DNA of 60,061 nt. Origin: an uncultured Candidatus Nemicrothrix sp. (lineage in GTDB: Bacteria > Actinomycetota > Acidimicrobiia > Acidimicrobiales > Aldehydirespiratoraceae). Positions within the stretch are counted from its first letter, which is position 1. Every line of letters begins with the position of its first letter. The translations under genes and the position numbers were made by a program. The DNA lies in assembly GCA_964513285.1 (NCBI GenBank), contig CAZEML010000001.1:6702-66762 (forward strand), read 5' to 3'. The notes below the pieces were generated by a model. The model was not told where the DNA came from, searched no databases, and saw only the letters and a program-made list of their open reading frames with translations. This document shows positions 38,301 to 45,080 of this stretch, piece after piece.

Positions 38301-38657
38301 GCCTTCACCGATCTGGCGACGACGATCTCGCCGGCGGACGTGTCGTGCATCTGGGGTCTCGGGATCACCGCCGGCACCTCCCCGACGACCTACTCCCCGG
38401 ACAACCTCGTCGACCGCGACCAGATGGCGTCGTTCCTCGCCCGCCTCTGGCGAGCGACCGGGCGGCCGTGCCCGACACCGCTGCTGCCCTTCACCGACAT
38501 CGGCAACGTCATCTCGACCGCAGACGTCGCGTGCATCTACGGCCTCGGGATCACCGCCGGCACCTCCCCGACGACCTACTCCCCCGACAACCTCGTCGAC
38601 CGCGACCAGATGGCGTCATTCCTCGCCCGCCTCTGGCGAGCACTCGGCGAGAGCTGA
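35310..38657 (+). CDS. Large cell-surface protein: signal peptide, 7-blade FG-GAP-like beta-propeller, 5 fibronectin type III domains, acidic Pro linker, 3 SLH domains
   Basis: N-terminus MPRTSRVRQRSFASFIVVAMTAALLAGPSQFAVAAAP (signal). Seven repeats of ...G.(V/A)RV(F/Y).W.G..W.Q.G.D.DGE... Five units with VSWTAP / VTWLAP / VSWAAP / VSWNVP / VSWEAP plus GYT(A/V)TASPGG..C...G...C...GLTNG..Y.F.V.A.N. EDPPADDPPAEDPPAED linker. Three units FTD.GN.IS.ADV.CI(Y/W)GLGITAGTSPTTYSPDN.VDRDQMASFLARLWRA (SLH-like). Confidence 0.8.
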   Translation: MPRTSRVRQRSFASFIVVAMTAALLAGPSQFAVAAAPWDQLGVDLDGDASNDRAGTSVALSADGTRMAVGATRGGVSGGGTGYVRVFEWSGTGWVQLGADLEGEGAETGFSVALSGNGNRVAFGARLNSGNGTFAGHARVYDWNGTAWTQVGADVDGQAQFEQIGYSIALSEDGQDLVVGGVGAASNAGVARVYNWNGTAWTQTGADITGDASGDISGSSVAMSANGNRVAVGAPGNDGTGANAGNVRVFDLSGSTWVQVGSDIDGEAEADFSGRSVSLSADGARLAVGAPKNGGGGTEAGHVRVYQWSGAAWVQLGADLDGQAGGDQAGASVALSEDGTRVAIGATGAGAGTVRVFQWSGSAWVQVGGNVDGEAEGDFFGFSLDLSADGTAFAAGATSNAANGASSGHARVHGAVTATPVPGAPTNVLAIAADAEVAVSWTAPSEVGGSPITGYTATASPGGTSCTTTGALNCTVGGLTNGTAYSFTVTATNSDGTGSPSDGSVWVTPAAAPDAPSSVFGTPGDSEATVTWLAPETNGGAAITTYTVTASPGGATCSTSGSLTCIVPTLTNSTPYTFTVTATNSVGTSPASNASDPVTPLPVPGAPTTVNATPGSGQATVSWAAPADAGGSAIIAYTVTASPGGSRCSTSGATSCTVIDLTNGTAHTFTVTATNAIGTGPASVASSPVTPVGVPDAPTNVTAIAGDTTADVSWNVPVSDGGSDLTGYTATAAPGGASCTTTGTVSCTISGLTNDVIHTVTVTASNALGTGPGSTPSDAFTPTGPDEDPVDPDPPAEPPAVDPDGISIDPADDEATVSWEAPADPGGDIDGYTVTASPGGAACTTNGELTCTVTGLVNGTTYEFTVVVVVDGQQSAPSTATGPLPPAEDPPADDPPAEDPPAEDGGGTAAVGDDGGATQGDAVSPIGPCPTPLLPFTDVGNVISTADVACIYGLGITAGTSPTTYSPDNPVDRDQMASFLARLWRAADLDCPAVTASAFTDLATTISPADVSCIWGLGITAGTSPTTYSPDNLVDRDQMASFLARLWRATGRPCPTPLLPFTDIGNVISTADVACIYGLGITAGTSPTTYSPDNLVDRDQMASFLARLWRALGES
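35421..36550 (+). repeat. Seven ~55-aa beta-propeller (FG-GAP-like) coding repeats
   Basis: Periodic VRVFEWSGTGWVQLGADLEGE / ARVYDWNGTAWTQVGADVDGQ / ... motifs. The last blade is truncated, consistent with velcro closure by the N-terminal PWDQLGVDLDGD strand. Confidence 0.7.
36570..37940 (+). repeat. Five tandem FN3-domain coding repeats
   Basis: See the CDS evidence. Each repeat carries a conserved Cys pair (C.T.G.L.C). Confidence 0.75.
38100..38645 (+). repeat. Three SLH-like coding repeats with a near-identical 47-nt core
   Basis: GTCGACCGCGACCAGATGGCGTC(A/G)TTCCTCGCCCGCCTCTGGCGAGC at 38220-38266, 38409-38455 and 38595-38641. The surrounding repeat sequence differs mostly at synonymous positions. 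Confidence 0.8.
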
Positions 38658-38658
38658 C

Positions 38659-39414
38659 TCAGCCGGGGATCTCGAGGTACTCGTCGACGACCGCTTGACC
38701 CGACAGGGCCGCGATCTCCGCCATCACCTCGTCGGTCAACACCTGCTTCGTCGCCGCGTTACGGGGGCGACCGAGGTAGCGGCCGAGGCCGATCGGCGAG
38801 CCGACCCGGATGATGATCCGGCCCTTGTGAACAGGAAGCTTGTTGCCGACCGGCATGGCGGCCGCGCTCCCGATGATGCCGACCGGGATGATCGGGGCAC
38901 CGGTGCGGAGGGCGAGGTGAGCAGCGCCGACATGCCCTCGGTGGAGATACCCGCTTCGCGAGCGCGAACCCTCGGGGAAGATGCCGACGAGCTCGCCGGC
39001 TTCCAGGCGCTCCTGCGCGACCCTCAAGCTCCAGGCCACGCTGCGTCCCGTCCGGTCGACCGGGATCATGCCCACGCGAGGGAACACGGTGCGCGTCACT
39101 CGGTCACGGAGATACTCGGCCTTGCCGAGGAAGGTCACGGGGCGGCCCAGCTCGGTCATCAGCAGCGGCGAGTCGATGAACGAGAGATGGTTCGCTGCGA
39201 TGATCGCGGGGCCGTCGGTCGGCACGTTCACTCGTCCGACGACGTCGATGTCGAGCCAACGGTTGCGGATCGGGGCGGTCGCCACCCGCAGGCCGCGGGC
39301 CCACGAGCCGATCACGGCCGGGTCGATCCGGGTCGGGTCGGTCGTATTGGTGGCCCCCACCTCGGTGGCGTCGATCGTGGGGGGATTCGCTGCGGCATCG
39401 ATGGTGGGGGCCAT
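38659..39414 (-). CDS. 1-acyl-sn-glycerol-3-phosphate acyltransferase (PlsC family)
   Basis: IIAANHLSFIDSPLL (HX4D) and IFPEGSRS motifs. Confidence 0.8.
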   Translation of the reverse strand: MAPTIDAAANPPTIDATEVGATNTTDPTRIDPAVIGSWARGLRVATAPIRNRWLDIDVVGRVNVPTDGPAIIAANHLSFIDSPLLMTELGRPVTFLGKAEYLRDRVTRTVFPRVGMIPVDRTGRSVAWSLRVAQERLEAGELVGIFPEGSRSRSGYLHRGHVGAAHLALRTGAPIIPVGIIGSAAAMPVGNKLPVHKGRIIIRVGSPIGLGRYLGRPRNAATKQVLTDEVMAEIAALSGQAVVDEYLEIPG

Positions 39415-39503
39415 GACGGAGACGGTACGAAACGGTCGCGAACGCCTCGTGTGGCGACTGTGAACCCCGCGTTACGTGCCTGTGGATAACCGTCACGTCG
39501 CGG

Positions 39504-39971
39504 TCAGGTACCCCCGGGCGCCGGCCCTTCTCGTCCGAGGATCTTCCCGATGTCCCGTGCCAGCTCGATCGTCTCCTGCGCGTCCCCGAGGGGCGGGGTC
39601 CCCAACGGGTCGAGCATCACCGTCTTCCCATCGGCCAACCGGAGCGCGGGAATGGAGCGGCCGCGTGCGGTCCGCTGCGCGACGCCGATGTGGGCGATGT
39701 CTGCCGACGCAATCCGGTCGACTCGCAAGAGCGACCGTCGGATCTCGACACCATCAGCATCGACTCGGACGCTGGGCACGAGGTACAAGGTGGACGCGGC
39801 GATGCCGAGCACCCACACGGCGATGGTTGCCAGCGGCGAGGTCGAGTCGTCCGACAACCAGACGACGCTCGCTCCACTGATGATGATGGCGACGCCGCCG
39901 AACGCGATCACTGGGCCGATCCGCCCATGCCTGACCCCTTCGAGCAACGGGCGCTCCCGCCGAGCGAGCAT
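39504..39971 (-). CDS. Small membrane protein with bacterial PH-like domain
   Basis: Start at Met86 of the track ORF. Its ATG overlaps the upstream gene stop (ATGA at 39971). Two hydrophobic helices (IGPVIAFGGVAIIISGASVVW, LATIAVWVLGIAASTLYLV) are followed by VRVDADGVEIRRSLLRVDRIASADIAHI, reminiscent of bPH domains. Confidence 0.4.
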   Translation of the reverse strand: MLARRERPLLEGVRHGRIGPVIAFGGVAIIISGASVVWLSDDSTSPLATIAVWVLGIAASTLYLVPSVRVDADGVEIRRSLLRVDRIASADIAHIGVAQRTARGRSIPALRLADGKTVMLDPLGTPPLGDAQETIELARDIGKILGREGPAPGGT

Positions 39972-40681
39972 CAGGCCTCCCGTGCGCGGAGACGAACGAT
40001 CGCCTCGTGTTCCACCGCGCAGACGACACGATCGTCGACCGTCATCCGCATGTCGACGACTGCTCGCTCCCCCGACCGGGTGTCGAAGCGATCGATCTCC
40101 CAGGACTCGACCACCACGGTCGCACCCGGCGCGACGGCACCGAGGTGACGGATCCGGCTCCGGGTGTGCACCCACGCACCGTCGATCAGTTGGGTGGCGA
40201 AGACCCGGTTGGCGAGCGAGGGCCACACCGACGGGTGCACGAGATCGTCCTCGGGATACAGCGACAGATCCTCACCAGCGCGGGCCGCGTAGCCCACCCA
40301 GCGGTCGCTGAGCTCGACGACGAGCGGCTCGAGTCGGTCCCCCGACGGCTCGCCCGGCTCGACCACGGTTCGCTCCGGCACGAGGCGGGCGCACAGACGG
40401 TCGCCGACCGTGGCCGTCACCTCGTCGGGCCCGCCCGAGACGACGACGGGTTCGTCGGCCAGGACCGGCCCGCGGAACCAGACCTCGTGGCCGCCGTTGG
40501 TGACCCAGTCACGACCCCACGCCGCCGCGACAGGGCGGGTCAGATAGGCGAAGACGGTCGTGCCGGCCACGACCGCACCCGCATAGCCGGCCGCCAGGCC
40601 ACCCTCGACGGTGTGGACCGGATTGTCGGCATGTTCGGGCAGGTTGACCGCTGCGATCGACCAGCTCGGGAAGGACTCCAT
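39971..40681 (-). CDS. Hotdog-fold (MaoC dehydratase-like) protein
   Basis: Start MESFPSW at 40681. The C-terminal half, ...WVHTRSRIRHLGAVAPGATVVVESWEIDRFDTRSGERAVVDMRMTV.., resembles MaoC/hotdog dehydratases. The upstream part of track ORF 39971-41254 is antisense to azlC. Confidence 0.45.
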   Translation of the reverse strand: MESFPSWSIAAVNLPEHADNPVHTVEGGLAAGYAGAVVAGTTVFAYLTRPVAAAWGRDWVTNGGHEVWFRGPVLADEPVVVSGGPDEVTATVGDRLCARLVPERTVVEPGEPSGDRLEPLVVELSDRWVGYAARAGEDLSLYPEDDLVHPSVWPSLANRVFATQLIDGAWVHTRSRIRHLGAVAPGATVVVESWEIDRFDTRSGERAVVDMRMTVDDRVVCAVEHEAIVRLRAREA

Positions 40682-40756
40682 CCCGTCATGGTGGCCGACG
40701 CAGCCGACGCGCGGAAACCGCTGTGATCGTCGGGGACCAGCCGTAGCCTCCGAGCG

Positions 40757-41458
40757 GTGACCGACTTCTCGTTCGATCGGCGAGCGTTCTGGACGGGGTT
40801 CCGCGACGTGATGCCGATCGCGGTGCCCGGCATCCCGTTCGGCTTCGTGCTGGGTGTGGTCATCGCCGACTCCGGGCTCGATCAGCTCGCCGCGTGGGCG
40901 TCCTCGCCGATCATTGCAGCCGGCGCCGCCCAGCTGGCCGCCATCGAACTCCTCGCCGAGTCCGCCAGCGCCGCCGTCGTGCTGGTGACGGTGGCCTTCA
41001 TCAACTCGCGCCACCTGATGTACTCCGCCGCCCTTCGGCCGAAGTTCGCCGGGTTCCCTGGCTGGTTCCGGGTGGTCGGTCCGTACATCCTTCTCGACCA
41101 GTCGTTCGCCCTCGCCATCGCGCAGCCCGACGACCTCGACGACCGCACCCGCATGTGGCACTTCCTCGGGTCGGGCACGTTCCTGTGGGTGATGTGGATG
41201 TGCGCGACCTTGACCGGCGTTCTCGTCGGTGACGTCACCGAACCGGAGTGGCAACTCGGGTTCGCGGTGCCGATCCTCTTCGGCGGCTTGATGATCTTGT
41301 CGATCACCAACCGGGCCGGGGTCGTCGCCGCGGCGGTCGGCGCGATCGTCTCGGTGCTCGGCGCCGACCTGCCGCAGGGGTCGGGCGTGCTGCTCGCCAT
41401 CGTGTTGGGCGTGGCGGCCGGTGGCTTCATCGAGTCGCGATCGGAGGTCGCGGCATGA
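40757..41458 (+). CDS. azlC: Branched-chain amino acid exporter subunit AzlC
   Basis: FWTGFRDVMPIAVPGIPFGFVLGVV ... GAAQLAAIELL ... FINSRHLMYSAAL are AzlC family patterns. Followed by an overlapping azlD. Confidence 0.75.
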   Translation: MTDFSFDRRAFWTGFRDVMPIAVPGIPFGFVLGVVIADSGLDQLAAWASSPIIAAGAAQLAAIELLAESASAAVVLVTVAFINSRHLMYSAALRPKFAGFPGWFRVVGPYILLDQSFALAIAQPDDLDDRTRMWHFLGSGTFLWVMWMCATLTGVLVGDVTEPEWQLGFAVPILFGGLMILSITNRAGVVAAAVGAIVSVLGADLPQGSGVLLAIVLGVAAGGFIESRSEVAA

Positions 41459-41769
41459 ACCTGTGGCTCACGATCATCGCGGCCGGCGTCATCACCTACC
41501 TCACCCGTGCGTCGTTCATCGCCGCAGGTGACCGCGTCACCCTGCCGCCGCGGGTCGAACAGGCCCTCAAGTACGTGGGGCCCGCGTCGTTTGCCGCCAT
41601 CGCCGCCCCGGCGGTGCTCGGCGGCGATCAGTTCGCCGAGTTCGGCGACGACGTTCCCCGCCTGATCGCGGTGCTCGTCGCGGGGACGGTGATCTGGCGG
41701 ACTCGTAATGTGCCCGCGAGCCTCGTGGTGGGTATGAGCACGCTGTGGTTGATCCTCTGGGTCAGCTGA
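41455..41769 (+). CDS. azlD: Branched-chain amino acid exporter subunit AzlD
   Basis: ATG at 41455 overlaps the azlC stop (ATGA). MNLWLTIIAAGVITYLTRASFIAAG is the typical AzlD N-terminus, ~104 aa, hydrophobic. Confidence 0.75.
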   Translation: MNLWLTIIAAGVITYLTRASFIAAGDRVTLPPRVEQALKYVGPASFAAIAAPAVLGGDQFAEFGDDVPRLIAVLVAGTVIWRTRNVPASLVVGMSTLWLILWVS

Positions 41770-42247
41770 ACTCGCCCATCTTGAGGTGCACGCCCTCGAT
41801 CGAGGCCTGCGGATGCATCTCCTCGAAGGTGCGGGTGTAGCCGGTGTGGGACAGCTTCCATCCCTCGTCGGTCTTCACGTACCGGTCTTCGTAGAACGCG
41901 GCGCCGCGGAGGTTGACGCCGAAGTCGGTGATGATCACCTGATCCTCGAGCTTCCAGATGCCGGTGGCCGTGCCGTCGTCGTAGACGTCGATCTCGGGGT
42001 GGTGACACGCATGGCTCGACAAGAACTGGTCGCGGCCCATGTTCTCGTGCAGGAAGGCGACGATGCCGGCGAGGTCGTCGAAGCTGTAGTCACCGTCGGA
42101 GTACGCCGCCGTGCAGTCGTTGGTCATCACCGTGTGGAGATCGTCGAAGCGGTGTTGGTCGACGAGGCGCAGGTAGGCGTACTTGCAGCGCTTGATCAGC
42201 TCGAGTTCGACGAGCAGGTCGGGCGTGACGGGCAGCTTCTCGGCCAT
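41762..42247 (-). CDS. NTF2/SnoaL-like fold protein
   Basis: Start MAEKLPV at 42247. ELIKRCKYAYLRLVDQHRFDDL ... GWKLSHTGY is typical of SnoaL_4/NTF2-like proteins. Lies 13 nt downstream of the P450 stop. Confidence 0.6.
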   Translation of the reverse strand: MAEKLPVTPDLLVELELIKRCKYAYLRLVDQHRFDDLHTVMTNDCTAAYSDGDYSFDDLAGIVAFLHENMGRDQFLSSHACHHPEIDVYDDGTATGIWKLEDQVIITDFGVNLRGAAFYEDRYVKTDEGWKLSHTGYTRTFEEMHPQASIEGVHLKMGEFS

Positions 42248-42260
42248 GCCCCATGCTGGC

Positions 42261-43445
42261 TCACGCCGTGAACGGAAGCGATTCGTAGCGCCGGACGAAC
42301 CCGCCCGGCGCGAACCGCCCGGCGGCCGCATCGACCTCGAAGTCGGGGAAGCGCTCGAGCATCCGGGCGAGGGCGACCCGTCCTTGGAGCCGGGCCGCCG
42401 CCGCGCCGAGACAGTGATGGGCGCCGTATCCCAGGCTCAGCATCTTGTCGATGTCGCGGCGAACGTCGAGCTGCGCCGCGTCGTCGCCGAACTCCCGCTC
42501 GTCGCGGTTCGCCGAGCCGTAGAGGAGCAACACCTTCTCGCCGGCCGGAACCACGACGTCGCCGATCTCGACATCGCTGGTGGTGGTTCGGGCGAGGTTC
42601 TGCACCGGCGAGGTCAGCCGGAGGAGCTCTTCGACCGCTGCCGCCATGCGCGACGGTTCGTCGAGCAGGACCTGCCGCTGATCTCGGTGGGCGGTGAGCA
42701 ACTCCGCCGACCCACCGAGCAGCCCGGTCATGGTGTCGTTGCCGCCGGTGACCATCGTGAAGACGAACCCGACGACCCACCCGGCCGAGACGACGTCCTC
42801 CCCCACCTCGACCAGATCGGTGATGAGGTCCTCGCCGGGCTCGGTCTTCTTGAGCTCCATCAGTTCGGCGGCGAACCCCAGCAGCGCCATCGTTGCGTCC
42901 ATCGCCGACTCGAACGACCCTTCGGCGTTGGCGGCGACGATCGCGTTGGTCCACTCGTCGAAGCTCGACCGGGTCTCGACCGGGACCCCGAGATAGTGGG
43001 CGACGACGAACGACGGCAACGGCTTGAACAGCAGCTCGACGATGTCGACAGCCCCGCCGGAGTCCTCGACCCGATCGAGGCGCTCGTCGACGAACGCTCG
43101 CACGGCGTCCTCGATCAGATGCACGCGCCGGGGAGTCATCTGTTTGCCGACCAGGCGCCGCATCGCGGTGTGGTCGGGCGGGTCCATCATCACGATCGGC
43201 TGTTGGCCGTCCTCGAACATCGCCATCGCGTCGGCGTTCGGTGTGAGCCCCTGGGCCGACGAGAACGTGTCGGTGTCGCGGACGGCCGCGAACACGTCGG
43301 CGAACCGCGACAGCACGTAGAAGTCGGTGTTGTCGCCGGCGGCCGGCACGAAGTGCACCGGTGACTCGTCACGCAGACGCCGATAGTCCCCCCATGGCGA
43401 TCGCCACGCCTCGCCACCCCGGAGCTCGAACGCGATGTCGTTCAT
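42261..43445 (-). CDS. Cytochrome P450
   Basis: Heme loop SLGYGAHHCLGAAAARLQ (FxxGxHxCxG variant), I-helix TMVTGGNDT and EELLRL (ExxR). Start at Met13 (MNDIAFEL). Confidence 0.9.
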   Translation of the reverse strand: MNDIAFELRGGEAWRSPWGDYRRLRDESPVHFVPAAGDNTDFYVLSRFADVFAAVRDTDTFSSAQGLTPNADAMAMFEDGQQPIVMMDPPDHTAMRRLVGKQMTPRRVHLIEDAVRAFVDERLDRVEDSGGAVDIVELLFKPLPSFVVAHYLGVPVETRSSFDEWTNAIVAANAEGSFESAMDATMALLGFAAELMELKKTEPGEDLITDLVEVGEDVVSAGWVVGFVFTMVTGGNDTMTGLLGGSAELLTAHRDQRQVLLDEPSRMAAAVEELLRLTSPVQNLARTTTSDVEIGDVVVPAGEKVLLLYGSANRDEREFGDDAAQLDVRRDIDKMLSLGYGAHHCLGAAAARLQGRVALARMLERFPDFEVDAAAGRFAPGGFVRRYESLPFTA

Positions 43446-43545
43446 GGCCCGAGTTGACCGGCTCCGCCGCCGCTCGGTCAATTCGATCCCGAGCGCGGCA
43501 CGGGCCGGGATCGCTCCCGGCCCGCGACACTCGTCTTCGAGAGAC

Positions 43546-44022
43546 TCAGCCCAGCAGGTCGCCGAGCTGCTCCGCGATTTCTTCGGGCGTGATCATCGGG
43601 TTGAACCGGGCCACGACCTCACCGCTCGAGTTCACGAGGAACTTCTCGAAGTTCCAGGTGATGTCGTTGGTCTCGCCGTCACCGGGCTGCTCGCTGCGGA
43701 GCCACTGGTAGAGCTCGGCCGCCTCGTCGCCGTTGACGTCGATCTTGGCGAACATCGGGAAGTCGATGTTGTAGTTGTCGGTGACGAAGGCCCGGATCTC
43801 TTCAGCGGAGCCGGGTTCCTGGCCGCCGAACTGGTTGCACGGGAAGCCCAGGACGCGGACCCCGTTGTCGTCGTGATGAAGCGTACGCAGACCTGCGTAC
43901 TGAGGCGTGAGGCCTCAAGCGGAAGCGACGTTGACGACGAGACAGGCCTGGTCGGCGAAGTCCGAGAAGGACACCTGCTCACCCTCAAGCGACGCCATGG
44001 TGAAGTCATGGAATCGGCTCAT
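43546..44022 (-). CDS. Glutathione peroxidase with in-frame TGA at the catalytic position (codon 36, 43915-43917): probable selenocysteine enzyme
   Basis: My own minus-strand translation from ATG 44022: MSRFHDFTMASLEGEQVSFSDFADQACLVVNVASA-TGA-GLTPQYAGLRTLHHDDNGVRVLGFPCNQFGGQEPG...FPMFAKIDVNGDE...WNFEKFLV. The TGA replaces the peroxidatic Cys of the NVAS.CG(L/F)T motif. The frame is continuous with the 69-aa track ORF 43546-43755. A SECIS-like hairpin follows. Confidence 0.75.
43883..43900 (-). other. Candidate bacterial SECIS hairpin
   Basis: mRNA GUACGCAGGUCUGCGUAC begins 14 nt after the UGA, with a 7-8 bp perfect stem. The apical GCAGGUCUGC is identical to the apical part of the E. coli fdhF SECIS minihelix (GGUUGCAGGUCUGCACC, from memory). 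The GGUC loop is 3 nt further from the UGA than in fdhF. Confidence 0.65.
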
Positions 44023-44043
44023 GGCCGAGGATGGTAGCGCGGG

Positions 44044-45078
44044 CTACGCCTTGGTCCGGCGGGCGGACCAATGGGCGGTGGCACCGGCGGCCTGGAAGCG
44101 CTCCGGACGGTCTTCGGGGCCGAGGATCTCGGTCGCCAGCCACAACCGCTTCAACCACCGGACCCGGCCTGAGTCGGTGTCGTCGACGTAGGGCTTGCGG
44201 CCGTGCAGCACGTGGTAGTTGTTCACGAACTGCATGTCGCCGGCGTCGAAGGTCATCTCGACCCAGTGATCGGGATCGTCGACGAGGGCGGAGTAGGCCT
44301 TCATCGCCGCCCGCTGGGTCTCGGTGAGTCGAGGGGCCTCTTCGTGGCGCTGCGACGCGAGGATGAACTGCGGGATGTAGCGCACGAAGAGGCGACCGTC
44401 CTGCCGGCTGAACGCGGGCACGTGGTAGTACGGCTTGCCGTCCTTGGCCTGCTCGCCGCGGAAGTCGTACGGGAGTCCCTCATAGAGCGCGCCGGCGAGT
44501 TCGGGATCGGACTCGACGAGCAGGTTGTGGCAGAGCAAGGCGTTGGAGATCAGGCTCTCGCCACCGGACACACCCGGATCGAGGCACAGCAGCCCGACCA
44601 GATCCGAGCCGTCGGAGTGGAAGCCGAGTCCGGCGCCACCGATCTCGTTGCCGCGGGCGGTCGGGTCGTCGATCGACTTGCCCTGATCCTTCACGTCGCC
44701 GAGGAGATGCCCCTTGGCGTTCTGGGGCCACGGCACGCCGAGGTGCAGCCCGACGCCCCAGTAGATCCAGGACGAGTCCTCGGGGCCGAGCCGGTCGACG
44801 GGCAGGCCCGAGATCCGTTGAAAGCCGCGGCCGTTGATCAGTTCCTGCGCGATGCCGTCGAGGACCGGCACGAGCGTGTCGAGCGGGAAGTGTTCCTTGT
44901 CGACGTCGAGCACCTCGTCGGTGTGGGCGCGGGCGACGGCGAGCGCCGCCTCGAGCTCGGCGATCTCGGCGTCGGTCAGACGATGGGTCCAGACCTCGGG
45001 GTCGACGACGTCGGCCGCTCGCCATTCGGCGTGGCGTTCGAGCGGGTTGACCTCGGCGGCGCTGAGGGCGGTGGCCAT
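44044..45078 (-). CDS. TauD/TfdA-family Fe(II)/2OG dioxygenase
   Basis: Start MATALSAAE at 45078. GFHSDGSD (HxD) and NNYHVLHGR (distal His/Arg). Confidence 0.75.
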   Translation of the reverse strand: MATALSAAEVNPLERHAEWRAADVVDPEVWTHRLTDAEIAELEAALAVARAHTDEVLDVDKEHFPLDTLVPVLDGIAQELINGRGFQRISGLPVDRLGPEDSSWIYWGVGLHLGVPWPQNAKGHLLGDVKDQGKSIDDPTARGNEIGGAGLGFHSDGSDLVGLLCLDPGVSGGESLISNALLCHNLLVESDPELAGALYEGLPYDFRGEQAKDGKPYYHVPAFSRQDGRLFVRYIPQFILASQRHEEAPRLTETQRAAMKAYSALVDDPDHWVEMTFDAGDMQFVNNYHVLHGRKPYVDDTDSGRVRWLKRLWLATEILGPEDRPERFQAAGATAHWSARRTKA

Positions 45079-45080
45079 GT

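Noticed and set aside
39481-39489. Perfect E. coli-type DnaA box TGTGGATAA (TTATCCACA on the other strand)
   Set aside because: It is a single isolated copy in a 90-bp gap between two co-directional genes. There is no cluster of boxes, no AT-rich unwinding element and no dnaA/dnaN nearby, so it is most likely chance.
43546-43755. 69-aa ORF as an independent small gene, or the GPx locus as a nonsense-mutated pseudogene
   Set aside because: The 69 aa are simply the C-terminal part of GPx. The upstream reading frame is continuous apart from one TGA located at the catalytic Cys/Sec position and followed by a SECIS-like hairpin. Selenocysteine recoding is the better explanation, though pseudogenisation is not fully excluded.
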